Origin: a phage
Length of the DNA stretch: 64,000 bases
Direction: 5' to 3' (one strand)
Assembly: GCA_018865545.1 (NCBI GenBank)
Contig: GCA_018865545.1_3633.1
Every line of letters begins with the position of its first letter. The stretch's first letter is position 1. Both the position numbers and the translations under genes were made by a program. Below are positions 37,128 to 47,074 of the stretch, one piece after another. The notes under the pieces were generated by a model, which made no database searches, had not been told where the DNA came from, and was given only the letters and a program-made list of their open reading frames with translations.

Positions 37128-37438
37128 TTCATTTGGCTCTCTATAAGAATTTTAAGCTGGTCTATAAGATCAACTCTCAAACTGCTTACATCCTCTTTTA
37201 AGTCTTTTCTAAAATCTGAAACATCATCGCGGACAGCTTTCAGTTTTTTATCAAGAATCTCATCAAGTTTTTCTTTAGTGACCATTTCTGCCTTAATTCT
37301 TATGATGTCCCTATCAAGTTCATCAAGACGTTGTTGTGTCTTTTTATAGTCTGAGTATGTTAACTTCAGAACACCAACTAAGAAAAACGTCAATACGCCC
37401 CATACGGCTTTTAAGATAGCAAATAGGTCAATAGACAT
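37124..37438 (-). CDS. membrane-anchored coiled-coil protein
   Basis: N-terminal hydrophobic helix then charged coiled-coil (QQRLDELDRDIIRIKAEM). Confidence 0.4.
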   Translation of the reverse strand: MSIDLFAILKAVWGVLTFFLVGVLKLTYSDYKKTQQRLDELDRDIIRIKAEMVTKEKLDEILDKKLKAVRDDVSDFRKDLKEDVSSLRVDLIDQLKILIESQMK

Positions 37439-37450
37439 TCCTTAGCTCCT

Positions 37451-38035
37451 TTACTCAACTGACGGTCTTATAGCCCATGTTATGTTAGGAGCATCCTCAG
37501 TTTTAATGCTTAATACCTCACAACGATAAATCTTTAATTTCTTAAGAATATCTGCCATGTGCTCTGGTAGTTTTTTACCTGTTACCTGCTCATAGTCTTC
37601 ATATGTCTGAATATATTGACTTGCCCATGCAATTTCCTTATCCTTGTGAAGTTTTGCCTCTTGTATAGATCGGAAATAGGTATAAACAAATTTGCCATCT
37701 TTTAATGCCACGTCACCGAGGTCATACTCAATGCCTTTAGGCAAATTTTCTACCGGAACAACCGCTATTTTCCAGCCGCTGAAAGGAGTGCACCCATCAA
37801 AACCTTCATAGCAAACGCAGCAAACCCTATCGTCGAGATCCAGCGAAAGAAAAGCATATTTCCCCGGCTCTGTTTGGGATTTCAATTCTTCGGCTATTTC
37901 ATAATAGTCTTTCCCCGTAGATTCTTCATAGAAAAAAGGGGCGAAAGGGTTAGCTTCCAACAATCTTTTCGTAGCTCCTGTTGCATTATCAGGAAGTGGA
38001 GAATAAGGGAAAAATGGTCCAAATATTTTGTTCAT
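37451..38035 (-). CDS. hypothetical protein
   Basis: 194-aa ORF. Confidence 0.4.
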   Translation of the reverse strand: MNKIFGPFFPYSPLPDNATGATKRLLEANPFAPFFYEESTGKDYYEIAEELKSQTEPGKYAFLSLDLDDRVCCVCYEGFDGCTPFSGWKIAVVPVENLPKGIEYDLGDVALKDGKFVYTYFRSIQEAKLHKDKEIAWASQYIQTYEDYEQVTGKKLPEHMADILKKLKIYRCEVLSIKTEDAPNITWAIRPSVE

Positions 38036-38052
38036 GCAACTCTCCTGAATGA

Positions 38053-39147
38053 TTAAACTCTACTTACGTTGTGCCAGACACCATTTACTTGTTTCTGGAT
38101 ATACGCATAGTAAACCCCACCAATGTTGTCTGCTGAGTTTTTACCAACATCTTGAGGATAGATACCTGTCATAACTGCACCCGCTGGCGCTTGCCAGTTC
38201 CAAGATACTAGGTTACTACCAGGCCAGTACCATGTGTTACCTGTTAATCTAACATCTTGAACACCGCCAGTTTGGATATTAACATTGCCGTTACCATCCG
38301 CACCTACACCATTAACAGATCTTACGATATTTCTCCCAGCAACCGTAGCAGAGTTATTATTTACAATTAACGCATTTACGTTTGCTGTTCCATTAACTCT
38401 TGCAGATGGTGTTGTTAATGAGCTTGTTGCTACAACAGTCTGACCTTGAATTTGCCCTGTAGCCGTCAAAGAGGATGTTCTTGTTGTGGTGAATGTTGCA
38501 TTTGTGCCATTAACATTTGTTCCTTGTACAGTTCCTGTGGCAACAACATTTCCTGTTACTTTACACAAAGCCGCTGAGGAGCTAATAGCATTAAGCTCCA
38601 TCATAGTGAACATCCCAGAGTTACCTGAAGGAGAGAATCGGAAACGTATAGAATCTACACCGTTTGTCCCTGCTGTTCCCGGATTATCTCCAAGAACAAA
38701 ATCCCAGTACGTCCAGTCAGAAGCCGGATTTGTAGTTGTAATATACGCAGTATCTGTTTCAGAAGGTTGAAAATTCAATCTCGGCAATGACAAAGCTCCT
38801 GTCATTGTATCTCCCGTTACATTCACGTAACGGTTGTCGGCCTCTGATCTGCTCCACACATCAAGGTTGACTCTGGATGTTTCCTTGTCAGCTAAATCAG
38901 ACAGATTTTCACTTCTTCTTAAAAATCTTGTATCTAATTCAGGAATTTGATCCCCTGTAACATATTTTATCCAACTTGTCATCATATGAAGAACATAGTT
39001 AAATTCTTCACAAGCTGGTTTTTCTCCCATATCCCAACCTTTTAACCAAAGGTCGTCAATAGGTCTTATTTTATTCTCCCCGTGAGTATTAGGGAGAATT
39101 ACATCCCCCGCTGCCCAAATCTCGATTGGTATACTTGGTGTAGCCAT
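38053..39147 (-). CDS. tail fibre protein
   Basis: GDTMTGALSL fibre motif; Gly/Thr/Asn-rich repeats. Confidence 0.55.
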   Translation of the reverse strand: MATPSIPIEIWAAGDVILPNTHGENKIRPIDDLWLKGWDMGEKPACEEFNYVLHMMTSWIKYVTGDQIPELDTRFLRRSENLSDLADKETSRVNLDVWSRSEADNRYVNVTGDTMTGALSLPRLNFQPSETDTAYITTTNPASDWTYWDFVLGDNPGTAGTNGVDSIRFRFSPSGNSGMFTMMELNAISSSAALCKVTGNVVATGTVQGTNVNGTNATFTTTRTSSLTATGQIQGQTVVATSSLTTPSARVNGTANVNALIVNNNSATVAGRNIVRSVNGVGADGNGNVNIQTGGVQDVRLTGNTWYWPGSNLVSWNWQAPAGAVMTGIYPQDVGKNSADNIGGVYYAYIQKQVNGVWHNVSRV

Positions 39148-39162
39148 AAAAGTATCTCCTTC

Positions 39163-41226
39163 TTAAACTTCTGGTGGGGTATCTTTTAAATACCCTTTCA
39201 ATGCTGTATGCCCCATATGAAAGACTGCGGATTGAGAGTTGTGCACTGTTATAGAATCATGCATTACTTGTGGATACGCCCATATGTATTGATAAATACC
39301 TGGAAACTTAAACTCATTAAGAACGATGTTCCCTATAATCATTTTCCAAAGATATTCTCTATAATTAGAATTAGGGTCAAATCCGTATAATGGTGCTAGC
39401 CCTTCGTCTGGAACAAATCCTGCCAGATAATGTATCTTATCTTCTTTAAATTTTAAGACATCTCGCGGAATGGTGATGGCCTGGAATGATTTTTCCATTT
39501 TTCCTTGAAGTAACCAGTCATAGCACTCGGAGCAATAAAAATCAAAATTCTCAGGTGTATAACTACCACTAGGGAAATTTATCTTTTCCATAATACCATT
39601 ACCAATAATGGATGGTAAAAACGGTAAAAGTGTTATTTTTGCATTAGGATAAGATTTTTTAAGATCAGCACCGAATTTTACCACTCGCTCCCCTAAGCAC
39701 TGTCTTAGAAAATCTACATACTCATCATAGGGTGTTCCGGTCTTAAAGTCATAAATTGTTCCCATGTCTTGAGCATACAATCCAGTCTCTTCATTAAAAC
39801 GAACTTTTGTAGTATAATCATAGACACAAGGTAAGTTAGTAGCTGTATTATACCACCACCAAGGTTCTCCTATCTGAATGATAACAACTTGGTTAACTTG
39901 TTCGCACGTAGCTGCTATTTTATTTATCACACTTTGGATATATTGCATACCCTCATTAATATTAGGTGATAATACCCAACTAGGAGGTGTATAGCCTGTT
40001 TCAGCCAATGCATCATTCCAATCATGCTGCACCCATTCTGCCGGACATACAGTGCTCATCAACTCAAAACTAATAGAATTGATAACCTTATAACCATTTG
40101 CTCGTGTCAGTGCGAAATAGTTATTCATCCATTGTAGGGTTGCATTATTGACAGGGACATCTTTGTTCAGTTTCCATGCGGAGCTTTCCCAAGAGAACTC
40201 GTAATAATGCGACATACCATTATAGTGGTTTATCATATCCCTGTACCCAAGTTTCAAGCAGTTGTCCACCACTCGTTCAGGTGTCAGGTTATACATGTCA
40301 TCATAGGATGTACACATACGCACATCATGTGCAGGAATTGTCAAATTATTAACTCTCATCATTGTATAGCCTGTATCAGGCTCTTTAAGAGTTATTTTCA
40401 ACATAAGGTTCTGATTTTCTTTAGGGACAACATCTTCTCCTTCTGCATACTTCTCAGATATCATAGAAAAGAAAAACTGATCCACTTGAGAGGTATCCAC
40501 TGGCACGTTCACATCAGGGCCAGATTTTAAATTTGAAAAATCAAGTTTGATTGTGGCTCTTTTATAATCCTCGCTGATATTTTCAGCATAAGCGTACAGA
40601 GGGATATAATGGGTCGCCCCATCTAAAAGTTTAAGGGTTAATGTCGGGGTCAATTTCTCATTATTGAAATCAGGCATTCCGTCGCCCAACTCTATATCGA
40701 ACCACAGTTTAGCGTTTCGAAGATCTGCGTGATCTTGAAAAGAGATCCCTTTATGATCATACTTATCTTTTGTGCTCCAAATAACCCCTGCTAAACCGCT
40801 TACAGTTCTATTAGTCATATAAGCTGTAAGTATATTACCATTAGATATTATAGAGCAACTTTCTGTGGGTTGAGAATCAATTGTCCAATATTTAGGTAGA
40901 AACATTTTCTCTTCTTTTGTTCCCCACCCCAACTCAGACATATCCTCCTTGGTGCTAATAACACATCTGGAAGCCAGCCTGTCTAGCCTTGCACCAAAAG
41001 ACGGATTACTCATTTTTAAGGTAAATTCTCTTGGTAATGAGTTTTTAGGATGTTGTTTTATCTCCACAGGTATCTGTACAGACTTTTCCCCTTTAGGAAT
41101 TGTTGCCGTACCTACTTTGGGTGTATAATCTCTTCCAGCAATAGCTGTGTTTGATATTGTTTCATAGTCAAAGCTGACAGCTACAGAGTCATCTTCTCTT
41201 CTGGCTGTGAAAATAGCCTCTGCCAT
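39163..41226 (-). CDS. tail spike/fibre protein with N-terminal Calx-beta-like domain and large globular C-terminal domain
   Basis: VSFDYETISNTAIAGRDYTPKVGTATIPKGEKSVQIPV resembles a Calx-beta repeat; Trp/Tyr-rich C-terminal domain (IGEPWWWYN). Confidence 0.45.
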   Translation of the reverse strand: MAEAIFTARREDDSVAVSFDYETISNTAIAGRDYTPKVGTATIPKGEKSVQIPVEIKQHPKNSLPREFTLKMSNPSFGARLDRLASRCVISTKEDMSELGWGTKEEKMFLPKYWTIDSQPTESCSIISNGNILTAYMTNRTVSGLAGVIWSTKDKYDHKGISFQDHADLRNAKLWFDIELGDGMPDFNNEKLTPTLTLKLLDGATHYIPLYAYAENISEDYKRATIKLDFSNLKSGPDVNVPVDTSQVDQFFFSMISEKYAEGEDVVPKENQNLMLKITLKEPDTGYTMMRVNNLTIPAHDVRMCTSYDDMYNLTPERVVDNCLKLGYRDMINHYNGMSHYYEFSWESSAWKLNKDVPVNNATLQWMNNYFALTRANGYKVINSISFELMSTVCPAEWVQHDWNDALAETGYTPPSWVLSPNINEGMQYIQSVINKIAATCEQVNQVVIIQIGEPWWWYNTATNLPCVYDYTTKVRFNEETGLYAQDMGTIYDFKTGTPYDEYVDFLRQCLGERVVKFGADLKKSYPNAKITLLPFLPSIIGNGIMEKINFPSGSYTPENFDFYCSECYDWLLQGKMEKSFQAITIPRDVLKFKEDKIHYLAGFVPDEGLAPLYGFDPNSNYREYLWKMIIGNIVLNEFKFPGIYQYIWAYPQVMHDSITVHNSQSAVFHMGHTALKGYLKDTPPEV

Positions 41227-41238
41227 ATGTGGTCTCCT

Positions 41239-41916
41239 CTACTCTGTTGCATCTACAGAAATATTGTCAACATAAATAAGGATGTCATCCGATGTTCTTG
41301 GTGGATCCGGTACGTAAACTAGATGGGCTAAACCGCCATCCCCAGTTCTTGATTTCTCTGCCACAGATCCGAATCCAAGTGCATGTTTGTCATTCTTAAA
41401 GCCAAACGCCAAACCCACAGACTCTGTTAGTCTAAGGTGAGTTGGTAACGGTAATAGGTCAAGTATCTCATCTATCGCTGCTGCTAAGTCGAAACAGCTT
41501 TTCGATACGTTTACGTCAAAACGGTAATTATCCCCTTTGTAAGTTGTAAAATTTCCAACACCAAACAGTTGATCTAATGTTTCAATAAACTCTGGTCTTG
41601 TACCGTGTCTTGCAGATCCAGCAGCCAAGATCATTATTATTGCCCTATAGGTGGCATCATCAAGCCCGTTTCTCTCAATACCAACCTGATTACCTATCTC
41701 ATCAAGATTCAGCCCTGCGGCATTCCTTAATAATCTACCTTCTGATAGCTTTACAAGCATCTCATCAATAGCTTTCAATCTTTCAAGGTATATTGTCAGA
41801 AATTTTACAAGATTCTTTTTCTCTTTCAGAAAATCACCAGGGAGATAATCAATACCTCCCTCAACGAAATCTGGCAGTGTGTGTATATGATTTACATCTT
41901 TTAAATAGTCTGCCAT
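41239..41916 (-). CDS. baseplate-associated protein
   Basis: position between baseplate and fibre genes. Confidence 0.35.
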   Translation of the reverse strand: MADYLKDVNHIHTLPDFVEGGIDYLPGDFLKEKKNLVKFLTIYLERLKAIDEMLVKLSEGRLLRNAAGLNLDEIGNQVGIERNGLDDATYRAIIMILAAGSARHGTRPEFIETLDQLFGVGNFTTYKGDNYRFDVNVSKSCFDLAAAIDEILDLLPLPTHLRLTESVGLAFGFKNDKHALGFGSVAEKSRTGDGGLAHLVYVPDPPRTSDDILIYVDNISVDATE

Positions 41917-41926
41917 AATAACATCC

Positions 41927-43420
41927 TTAAAGAACTTGCTGGAAAGTTATGTCATTTAACTCTACAGCGAAAACTTCTGTCATAGTAGCAACAATATCAT
42001 CATTAGTGTACGTACTGTCTGGCTCACCTTTGTTTTTGACATCTACTAAAAGTTGAGTAAATCTGCCTGATGAGATGGATGACCCCACAGCAGAAACAAG
42101 TTGGATATTGTACAACGTATCTGCAATGTTAAGAGGATCAACAACAGCTTTAAGGGAATCCCTGATCGTGTTCTGTTCTGTAAGGGATAGTAATTTACCT
42201 TTATATCTGACACGAATTTCAAGTTGCCTTACTTTTGCCTTGCTATGATAAATTCTTTCTACTTGGTCATCTTCTGTAGTCACATCATAGAATACATCAC
42301 CATAAGTAGCATTAGAGAGTGCTATAGTATTATAAAGTGCCTTACTGATATCTTCTGTGGCCCCACCATAGACTACTGTCTCAAACTTATACGCTGGAAC
42401 ACCGTACTCGTTTGTCACACCAGTATTGTTGGAGAAAATTTTAACCTTACTTACACCAGGCACATTTAAAACAGCAGAAACAATAGCAGGTCGTGTTGCG
42501 GCAGCGCCCGCTGATGTGGTGTTCGAAGCCCTCAGCTTATATTCTGTATCCGTCTCAACATCTGTACCATCACTAAATGCTTCCCTGTTCGTCAAGCTAA
42601 CAAAACCACTTGGTGTCGGGCTTATGTTAGTAACTGTCTCTGCTTCTCTAGATATTTCTCCTGCTTCAACAGCAATAACATCCATGGTTATTGTTCTTTG
42701 ACCAAGTAGGGGTGATGTTCTAAAGTCCACAGGAGCATTAAGACCAATCATTTTCTTATTTTGATCATAACCTATAAACATACTTCCTGAAGAAGATTCG
42801 ATAAAGATCTTATCTTCGTTCAGATAAGTTGTATTATCGACTATAAACTCTTTCATAGCCATCATAAAAGAGTTTAATTCGGTACTGTTTGGAGTTTTGT
42901 TTTTCAGAGATAGGTTCAGTGTCTTTGTTGTCCCATCATTCTGGTTAACTATCTGGATGGTGTAGTTACCAAGAACCCAATCTTGATTGGTTATTTGCTG
43001 CGCTATGATATTGCCAGCAACGGCGGTATCTTCTGTTAACACAAAATTTCCACCGTCAATACTGTATGTTGCGGCATCATAAATCATGTTATACGGCACT
43101 GTGTTATTAATTACCATTTGAACAGTACCGGACCCTTTGGTTTTTCCTCTACGGAATATGCCACGACGACCAAGAATCTCGTCAAGATATATACCTTCTG
43201 CCCCTGCTAGCGTTTGTGCTGCATAAATAGATGCAGCCAAAAGAATTAATTGATATTCCCTTTCGTTGAAAATAGTAGTGATCTTATCAACAACAGAGTT
43301 AGTTTGGGTGTTAAAGTTTTCACCAAAAGCTCTAATAAGGGATTGCTTAGTGTCTGTTATCAAGTCATCAAGGGACGGAATTGAAAAACCGTAGTCATTT
43401 AATCCAAATTGAGCAGCCAC
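41927..43420 (-). CDS. baseplate wedge (J-like) protein
   Basis: 497 aa; position after spike and hub candidates; GTG start after GAGGAGG. Confidence 0.4.
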   Translation of the reverse strand: MAAQFGLNDYGFSIPSLDDLITDTKQSLIRAFGENFNTQTNSVVDKITTIFNEREYQLILLAASIYAAQTLAGAEGIYLDEILGRRGIFRRGKTKGSGTVQMVINNTVPYNMIYDAATYSIDGGNFVLTEDTAVAGNIIAQQITNQDWVLGNYTIQIVNQNDGTTKTLNLSLKNKTPNSTELNSFMMAMKEFIVDNTTYLNEDKIFIESSSGSMFIGYDQNKKMIGLNAPVDFRTSPLLGQRTITMDVIAVEAGEISREAETVTNISPTPSGFVSLTNREAFSDGTDVETDTEYKLRASNTTSAGAAATRPAIVSAVLNVPGVSKVKIFSNNTGVTNEYGVPAYKFETVVYGGATEDISKALYNTIALSNATYGDVFYDVTTEDDQVERIYHSKAKVRQLEIRVRYKGKLLSLTEQNTIRDSLKAVVDPLNIADTLYNIQLVSAVGSSISSGRFTQLLVDVKNKGEPDSTYTNDDIVATMTEVFAVELNDITFQQVL

Positions 43421-43490
43421 GATTATGCCTCCTCTTGTAAATTATTATAAGATGTGGTTATTTTACCACAATATGTCTTAATTATAAATA

Positions 43491-43521
43491 GTAAACACAA
43501 ATAAAGGGGCATAAGCCCCTT
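43491..43521 (-). terminator. rho-independent terminator
   Basis: stem AAGGGGC/GCCCCTT with ATAA loop, U-rich tract on minus strand. Confidence 0.45.
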
Positions 43522-43525
43522 TCCA

Positions 43526-44053
43526 TTATTCATTAGTTGCCCACTTATTCCACCAAGTTGCGTCACCTGTACGAGGTAAACGGAAATTGATGAGGTAATA
43601 GAGTTTGTTAGCCCAAAGTATCCAGCCATCATCATCGCAAAGGATTGTTGTCCCTGCATCAGCTTCTGGATAATAATACTCATCCTGCCCTATAAAGGCA
43701 ATCCTAACAACCTCTTGTTCTTTGGTTGTCACTTCAAAATATGCTTGATAGCTTCTTGTCCCTGAATCCATTGTGGAATGAAAATAAGTTATTTCCAAAA
43801 CGTCCGGTTCCTGCCTTGTTACCTCTTTTATCTTATTATCAAGTACAGTCTTCATAACCTTCTTGCTAATATATGTTCGATATGGAAATCCGAATGTCTC
43901 ATCGAAATACCAGTCTCCTTGCCAGACATTAAACCTTAGCCACAAACGTTGACGAAGACTAACTTGGTTTGATTCTATCAGTTTAAGACCTTCTGAGACA
44001 TCGAGATCCCCAGTAACAGGATCCATTAATAAATCAGAATAGAGAGTTGCCAT
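43526..44053 (-). CDS. baseplate protein
   Basis: 175-aa ORF in the baseplate cluster. Confidence 0.35.
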   Translation of the reverse strand: MATLYSDLLMDPVTGDLDVSEGLKLIESNQVSLRQRLWLRFNVWQGDWYFDETFGFPYRTYISKKVMKTVLDNKIKEVTRQEPDVLEITYFHSTMDSGTRSYQAYFEVTTKEQEVVRIAFIGQDEYYYPEADAGTTILCDDDGWILWANKLYYLINFRLPRTGDATWWNKWATNE

Positions 44054-44062
44054 TTACACTCC

Positions 44063-44764
44063 TTATTTGTTAGGGACATTTGTGTCACTTTCACCAGATG
44101 GGTCTGTCCAAATATAGTGATGTGTGTGTCTTGTAAACCAGTCGTAGAAATCATTTAGATTCACACCTCTAGCTGTCACGATATTCCCATCTGGTGTAAC
44201 CTTCGCCCCATTCATCTCTATATTCCCATCAGGCTTCGCTGTCAATGTCGCAGACCCGTTGGTAAAAGACATTTTACCATCTTTATCAACAGTAAATGTT
44301 CCCACTGGGCCTTTTAATACAAAATCTCCTTCAGGGGCAAGAGAGAAATGAACTTGGTCGTTCCATAATTCCACATTGTTTGGGTCGATAACCATTGCAT
44401 TCCCATCACTGTGAACACCAATGATTGACCACCCAGGAAATAAACCGTGTGTCGTTAAGTCATTAGCATCTGACTCATTTCTCTCTGAAAAAGATAACCC
44501 GACAATATCACCTGGTTTAACAGGCAATGTAAGTCTTGCCTTACCGCCGTTTGCGCTTGGCATCGAAAGCGGCACATCGAAAACAGCAGGATATGCATCT
44601 ACTGTTCCGTCATCGAAATTAGTGGATGCTAAAGGTTGTACAGTTGCTGAGGGTATGCTATAATCAACCTCAACAACCTTCGCCCTTAATCCTGTGTGGA
44701 TGTCTCTAGCTTGTCTCGCAAACCACTGATTCAATGCTGCGTCCATTCTTTGAATTGCTGCCAT
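44063..44764 (-). CDS. central spike (gpV-like) protein
   Basis: 233 aa; beta-rich; C-terminal His cluster TRHTHHY. Confidence 0.4.
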   Translation of the reverse strand: MAAIQRMDAALNQWFARQARDIHTGLRAKVVEVDYSIPSATVQPLASTNFDDGTVDAYPAVFDVPLSMPSANGGKARLTLPVKPGDIVGLSFSERNESDANDLTTHGLFPGWSIIGVHSDGNAMVIDPNNVELWNDQVHFSLAPEGDFVLKGPVGTFTVDKDGKMSFTNGSATLTAKPDGNIEMNGAKVTPDGNIVTARGVNLNDFYDWFTRHTHHYIWTDPSGESDTNVPNK

Positions 44765-45762
44765 TATTCCTCCACAACACCACCACGGGCTTCAGCAAGG
44801 CCAATTTCGGAAATCCAATCTCCACCTTCAAGTTGCCCTTTGTGTGTCAAATATACTACTTTATAAAAACCTGTATATTTATGACTCTTCAAATAAATTG
44901 TGCTCTCAGGAATAATTGCCCCATTAAGCTCTGTGGTTACAACCAACCCAGCGTCTTCTTTTATTCTTGCTCTACTTGGTCTTGTATCCGTGCCAGGTTT
45001 AGGTTTCCTTTTTTTCTTTTTGCTTTCTTTCTCAAGTCTTCTTTTAGCAGGTTCTGGATTCTGTGGGGTTGGAGAATCATGCATCCCAGATTCTGCGCTT
45101 ATTTCAAAAACAGCGTTCTTAAATCTTTTACCTTGGGTTGTCCAGTACACAGCACCGTCTTGGACACTAAATGTGGAACCTGTATTTCTAGCTAATCTCT
45201 CAAGATTATTAGCAGCATTCCCTGTGAATGCCATTGATTGTTGAAGAGTCTTATTCCCGAATTTAACAACTTTTCCGATAGGTAATTTTAAATCAGAAAT
45301 TAAATCATTAAGAACAGTATCTAAAGGTGTTCCTTTTTTATATGATCTTGCTGTTTTAGCAGTCATAATATTTGTGGTTGCATCACCAAGGATCATTTTT
45401 GTTTGGCGAGTATTTCCATCCCATTTATCCTGAACAAACTCTACTGTCCCAGAGAATAACATTTGGTTTTCACCATCAAACCCAGCCTCCAACACTATGG
45501 CTAGAGATTCTCTCTGATTAGCATCTAGATAGCTAACGGTCTCATCACTTAAATTGTAAATTGTTACGTAACCTTTGTTGGGGTCTTTTGAGTTGTCTTT
45601 TTTAACTTCAAATTCTATATTTGCAGAACCGTACTCATTACTTACAACATAAGCATCCTTATTATTCTGATTTGTATAATCTGAAATATTCGTTGGCTTC
45701 TCTCCAATGTATACTGGTTTACCTATTGTTAGTTTATATGTTCTTGTTCTGTAAGATGGCAT
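44764..45762 (-). CDS. baseplate hub-like protein
   Basis: 332 aa; position; Lys-rich linker. Confidence 0.35.
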   Translation of the reverse strand: MPSYRTRTYKLTIGKPVYIGEKPTNISDYTNQNNKDAYVVSNEYGSANIEFEVKKDNSKDPNKGYVTIYNLSDETVSYLDANQRESLAIVLEAGFDGENQMLFSGTVEFVQDKWDGNTRQTKMILGDATTNIMTAKTARSYKKGTPLDTVLNDLISDLKLPIGKVVKFGNKTLQQSMAFTGNAANNLERLARNTGSTFSVQDGAVYWTTQGKRFKNAVFEISAESGMHDSPTPQNPEPAKRRLEKESKKKKRKPKPGTDTRPSRARIKEDAGLVVTTELNGAIIPESTIYLKSHKYTGFYKVVYLTHKGQLEGGDWISEIGLAEARGGVVEE

Positions 45763-45767
45763 AATTA

Positions 45768-46118
45768 TTACTCCTCACCTGTTAACTCCTCATCAGGAGA
45801 TGAATAAAGAAGTTGGAGATCTGCAAGAAATCCGATATTGTATCTTCCGACACGTTTTGTAGATTGTTTAAAAGAAAAAACAGACAATTGACCAGATGGT
45901 ATATTCTCAAGGTATTTGAATGGCTCAAAGATATCAAATATTGTTGTTAATTTAAAAGATATCGTAGGTGTTGAACCAACATCCCCAAAATACACCAACC
46001 AAGATTCATCCCTCTCATTCCATTGAAATCTCATCTCGTATGTTTTACTGTCCAAGACAACTCTCATTGTTTGATCAGCAAACCCATCTATATCCCAGAC
46101 AAAAGTTATTTTAGACAT
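45768..46118 (-). CDS. tail/baseplate protein
   Basis: 116-aa ORF. Confidence 0.35.
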   Translation of the reverse strand: MSKITFVWDIDGFADQTMRVVLDSKTYEMRFQWNERDESWLVYFGDVGSTPTISFKLTTIFDIFEPFKYLENIPSGQLSVFSFKQSTKRVGRYNIGFLADLQLLYSSPDEELTGEE

Positions 46119-46128
46119 CTATAGTTCC

Positions 46129-46995
46129 TTACTTACCAAACTTCATAGGGTTCCCATCCAGATCTTTAAATTCCCCAGACGGAGTAAGTGTATATGACCC
46201 AACTTTCTGTAGAGAAGTAACATCATCTAAATTATGGTGTCTGCTCTCTGACCAGTTTTTCCAGAAATCAGCTTGGTCTCCAGAGTATAATGTTTTTCTA
46301 GCCATAATATCAACTTCTTGTTGGGTAGCGGATGATTGAACAGAACCTTTCTGTTTTGTTTTCCCTGACTTCTTAGGATCTGTGTAGATGGTGGCTAAAA
46401 CAGTCTTTCCTAATGTGAATGTACGGAACTCTGTAAACTCTAATTGAAAAACTAATGCCGCGCCATCTGAATTGCTACGAGATGCCTCCATTGAAGTAAG
46501 GATATAATTATCTAAGATTCTATCCTCTGTCACAAGAGTTACAATTTGTCTTTGGTCTATGAGGCGCTCAAGCACTTCCAGAGCTTTTTCTGGTCTTTTT
46601 GAAGCAGCGGGGTTCTGATTATCGGTATCTTTATCTATGTAATTAAACTGAATAATTGAAAGTGGTGATGAGCTAACCCTTGCACTAAAAGAGAATTTCC
46701 CATCTTCTATTACACCGTGATCACTAAACTTAACCCTATCTTCAACTGCATAAGAAGTCTTATCCACAGTTCTCGTATAGGAGTGTTCTTCAACAACATC
46801 AAAAATTATAGCTAAATCGTCTGTATAATTTTTATCTTTCAGTTCAATATTACGACCACCATAATTCAAACCGCTGGCAAAAAGTGTATACTTAACACCA
46901 GAGCTTGTTTCTTGTGCATTACTTACCTTTCTTTCGACATTTGCTGTAGCTTTACCTTGCTGCGGTTTTGACTGGTTATTGGAAACTGAAGCCAT
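46129..46995 (-). CDS. tail protein
   Basis: 288-aa ORF downstream of the tape-measure region. Confidence 0.35.
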   Translation of the reverse strand: MASVSNNQSKPQQGKATANVERKVSNAQETSSGVKYTLFASGLNYGGRNIELKDKNYTDDLAIIFDVVEEHSYTRTVDKTSYAVEDRVKFSDHGVIEDGKFSFSARVSSSPLSIIQFNYIDKDTDNQNPAASKRPEKALEVLERLIDQRQIVTLVTEDRILDNYILTSMEASRSNSDGAALVFQLEFTEFRTFTLGKTVLATIYTDPKKSGKTKQKGSVQSSATQQEVDIMARKTLYSGDQADFWKNWSESRHHNLDDVTSLQKVGSYTLTPSGEFKDLDGNPMKFGK

Positions 46996-47040
46996 AAGAA
47001 CCTCACTTGTTATTGTATGATTTTATCATAAATCTTTTAT

Positions 47041-47070
47041 TAAAACAACAAAAAGGGGCAAAAGCCCCTT
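47041..47070 (-). terminator. rho-independent terminator
   Basis: stem AAGGGGC/GCCCCTT with AAAA loop, then UUUGUUGUUUUA on minus strand. Confidence 0.55.
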
Positions 47071-47074
47071 CAAA

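Noticed and set aside
43423-43683. ORF 43423..43683 overlapping the 3' end of the baseplate gene
   Set aside because: Out-of-frame overlap with a better-supported ORF and a terminator inside it; likely spurious.
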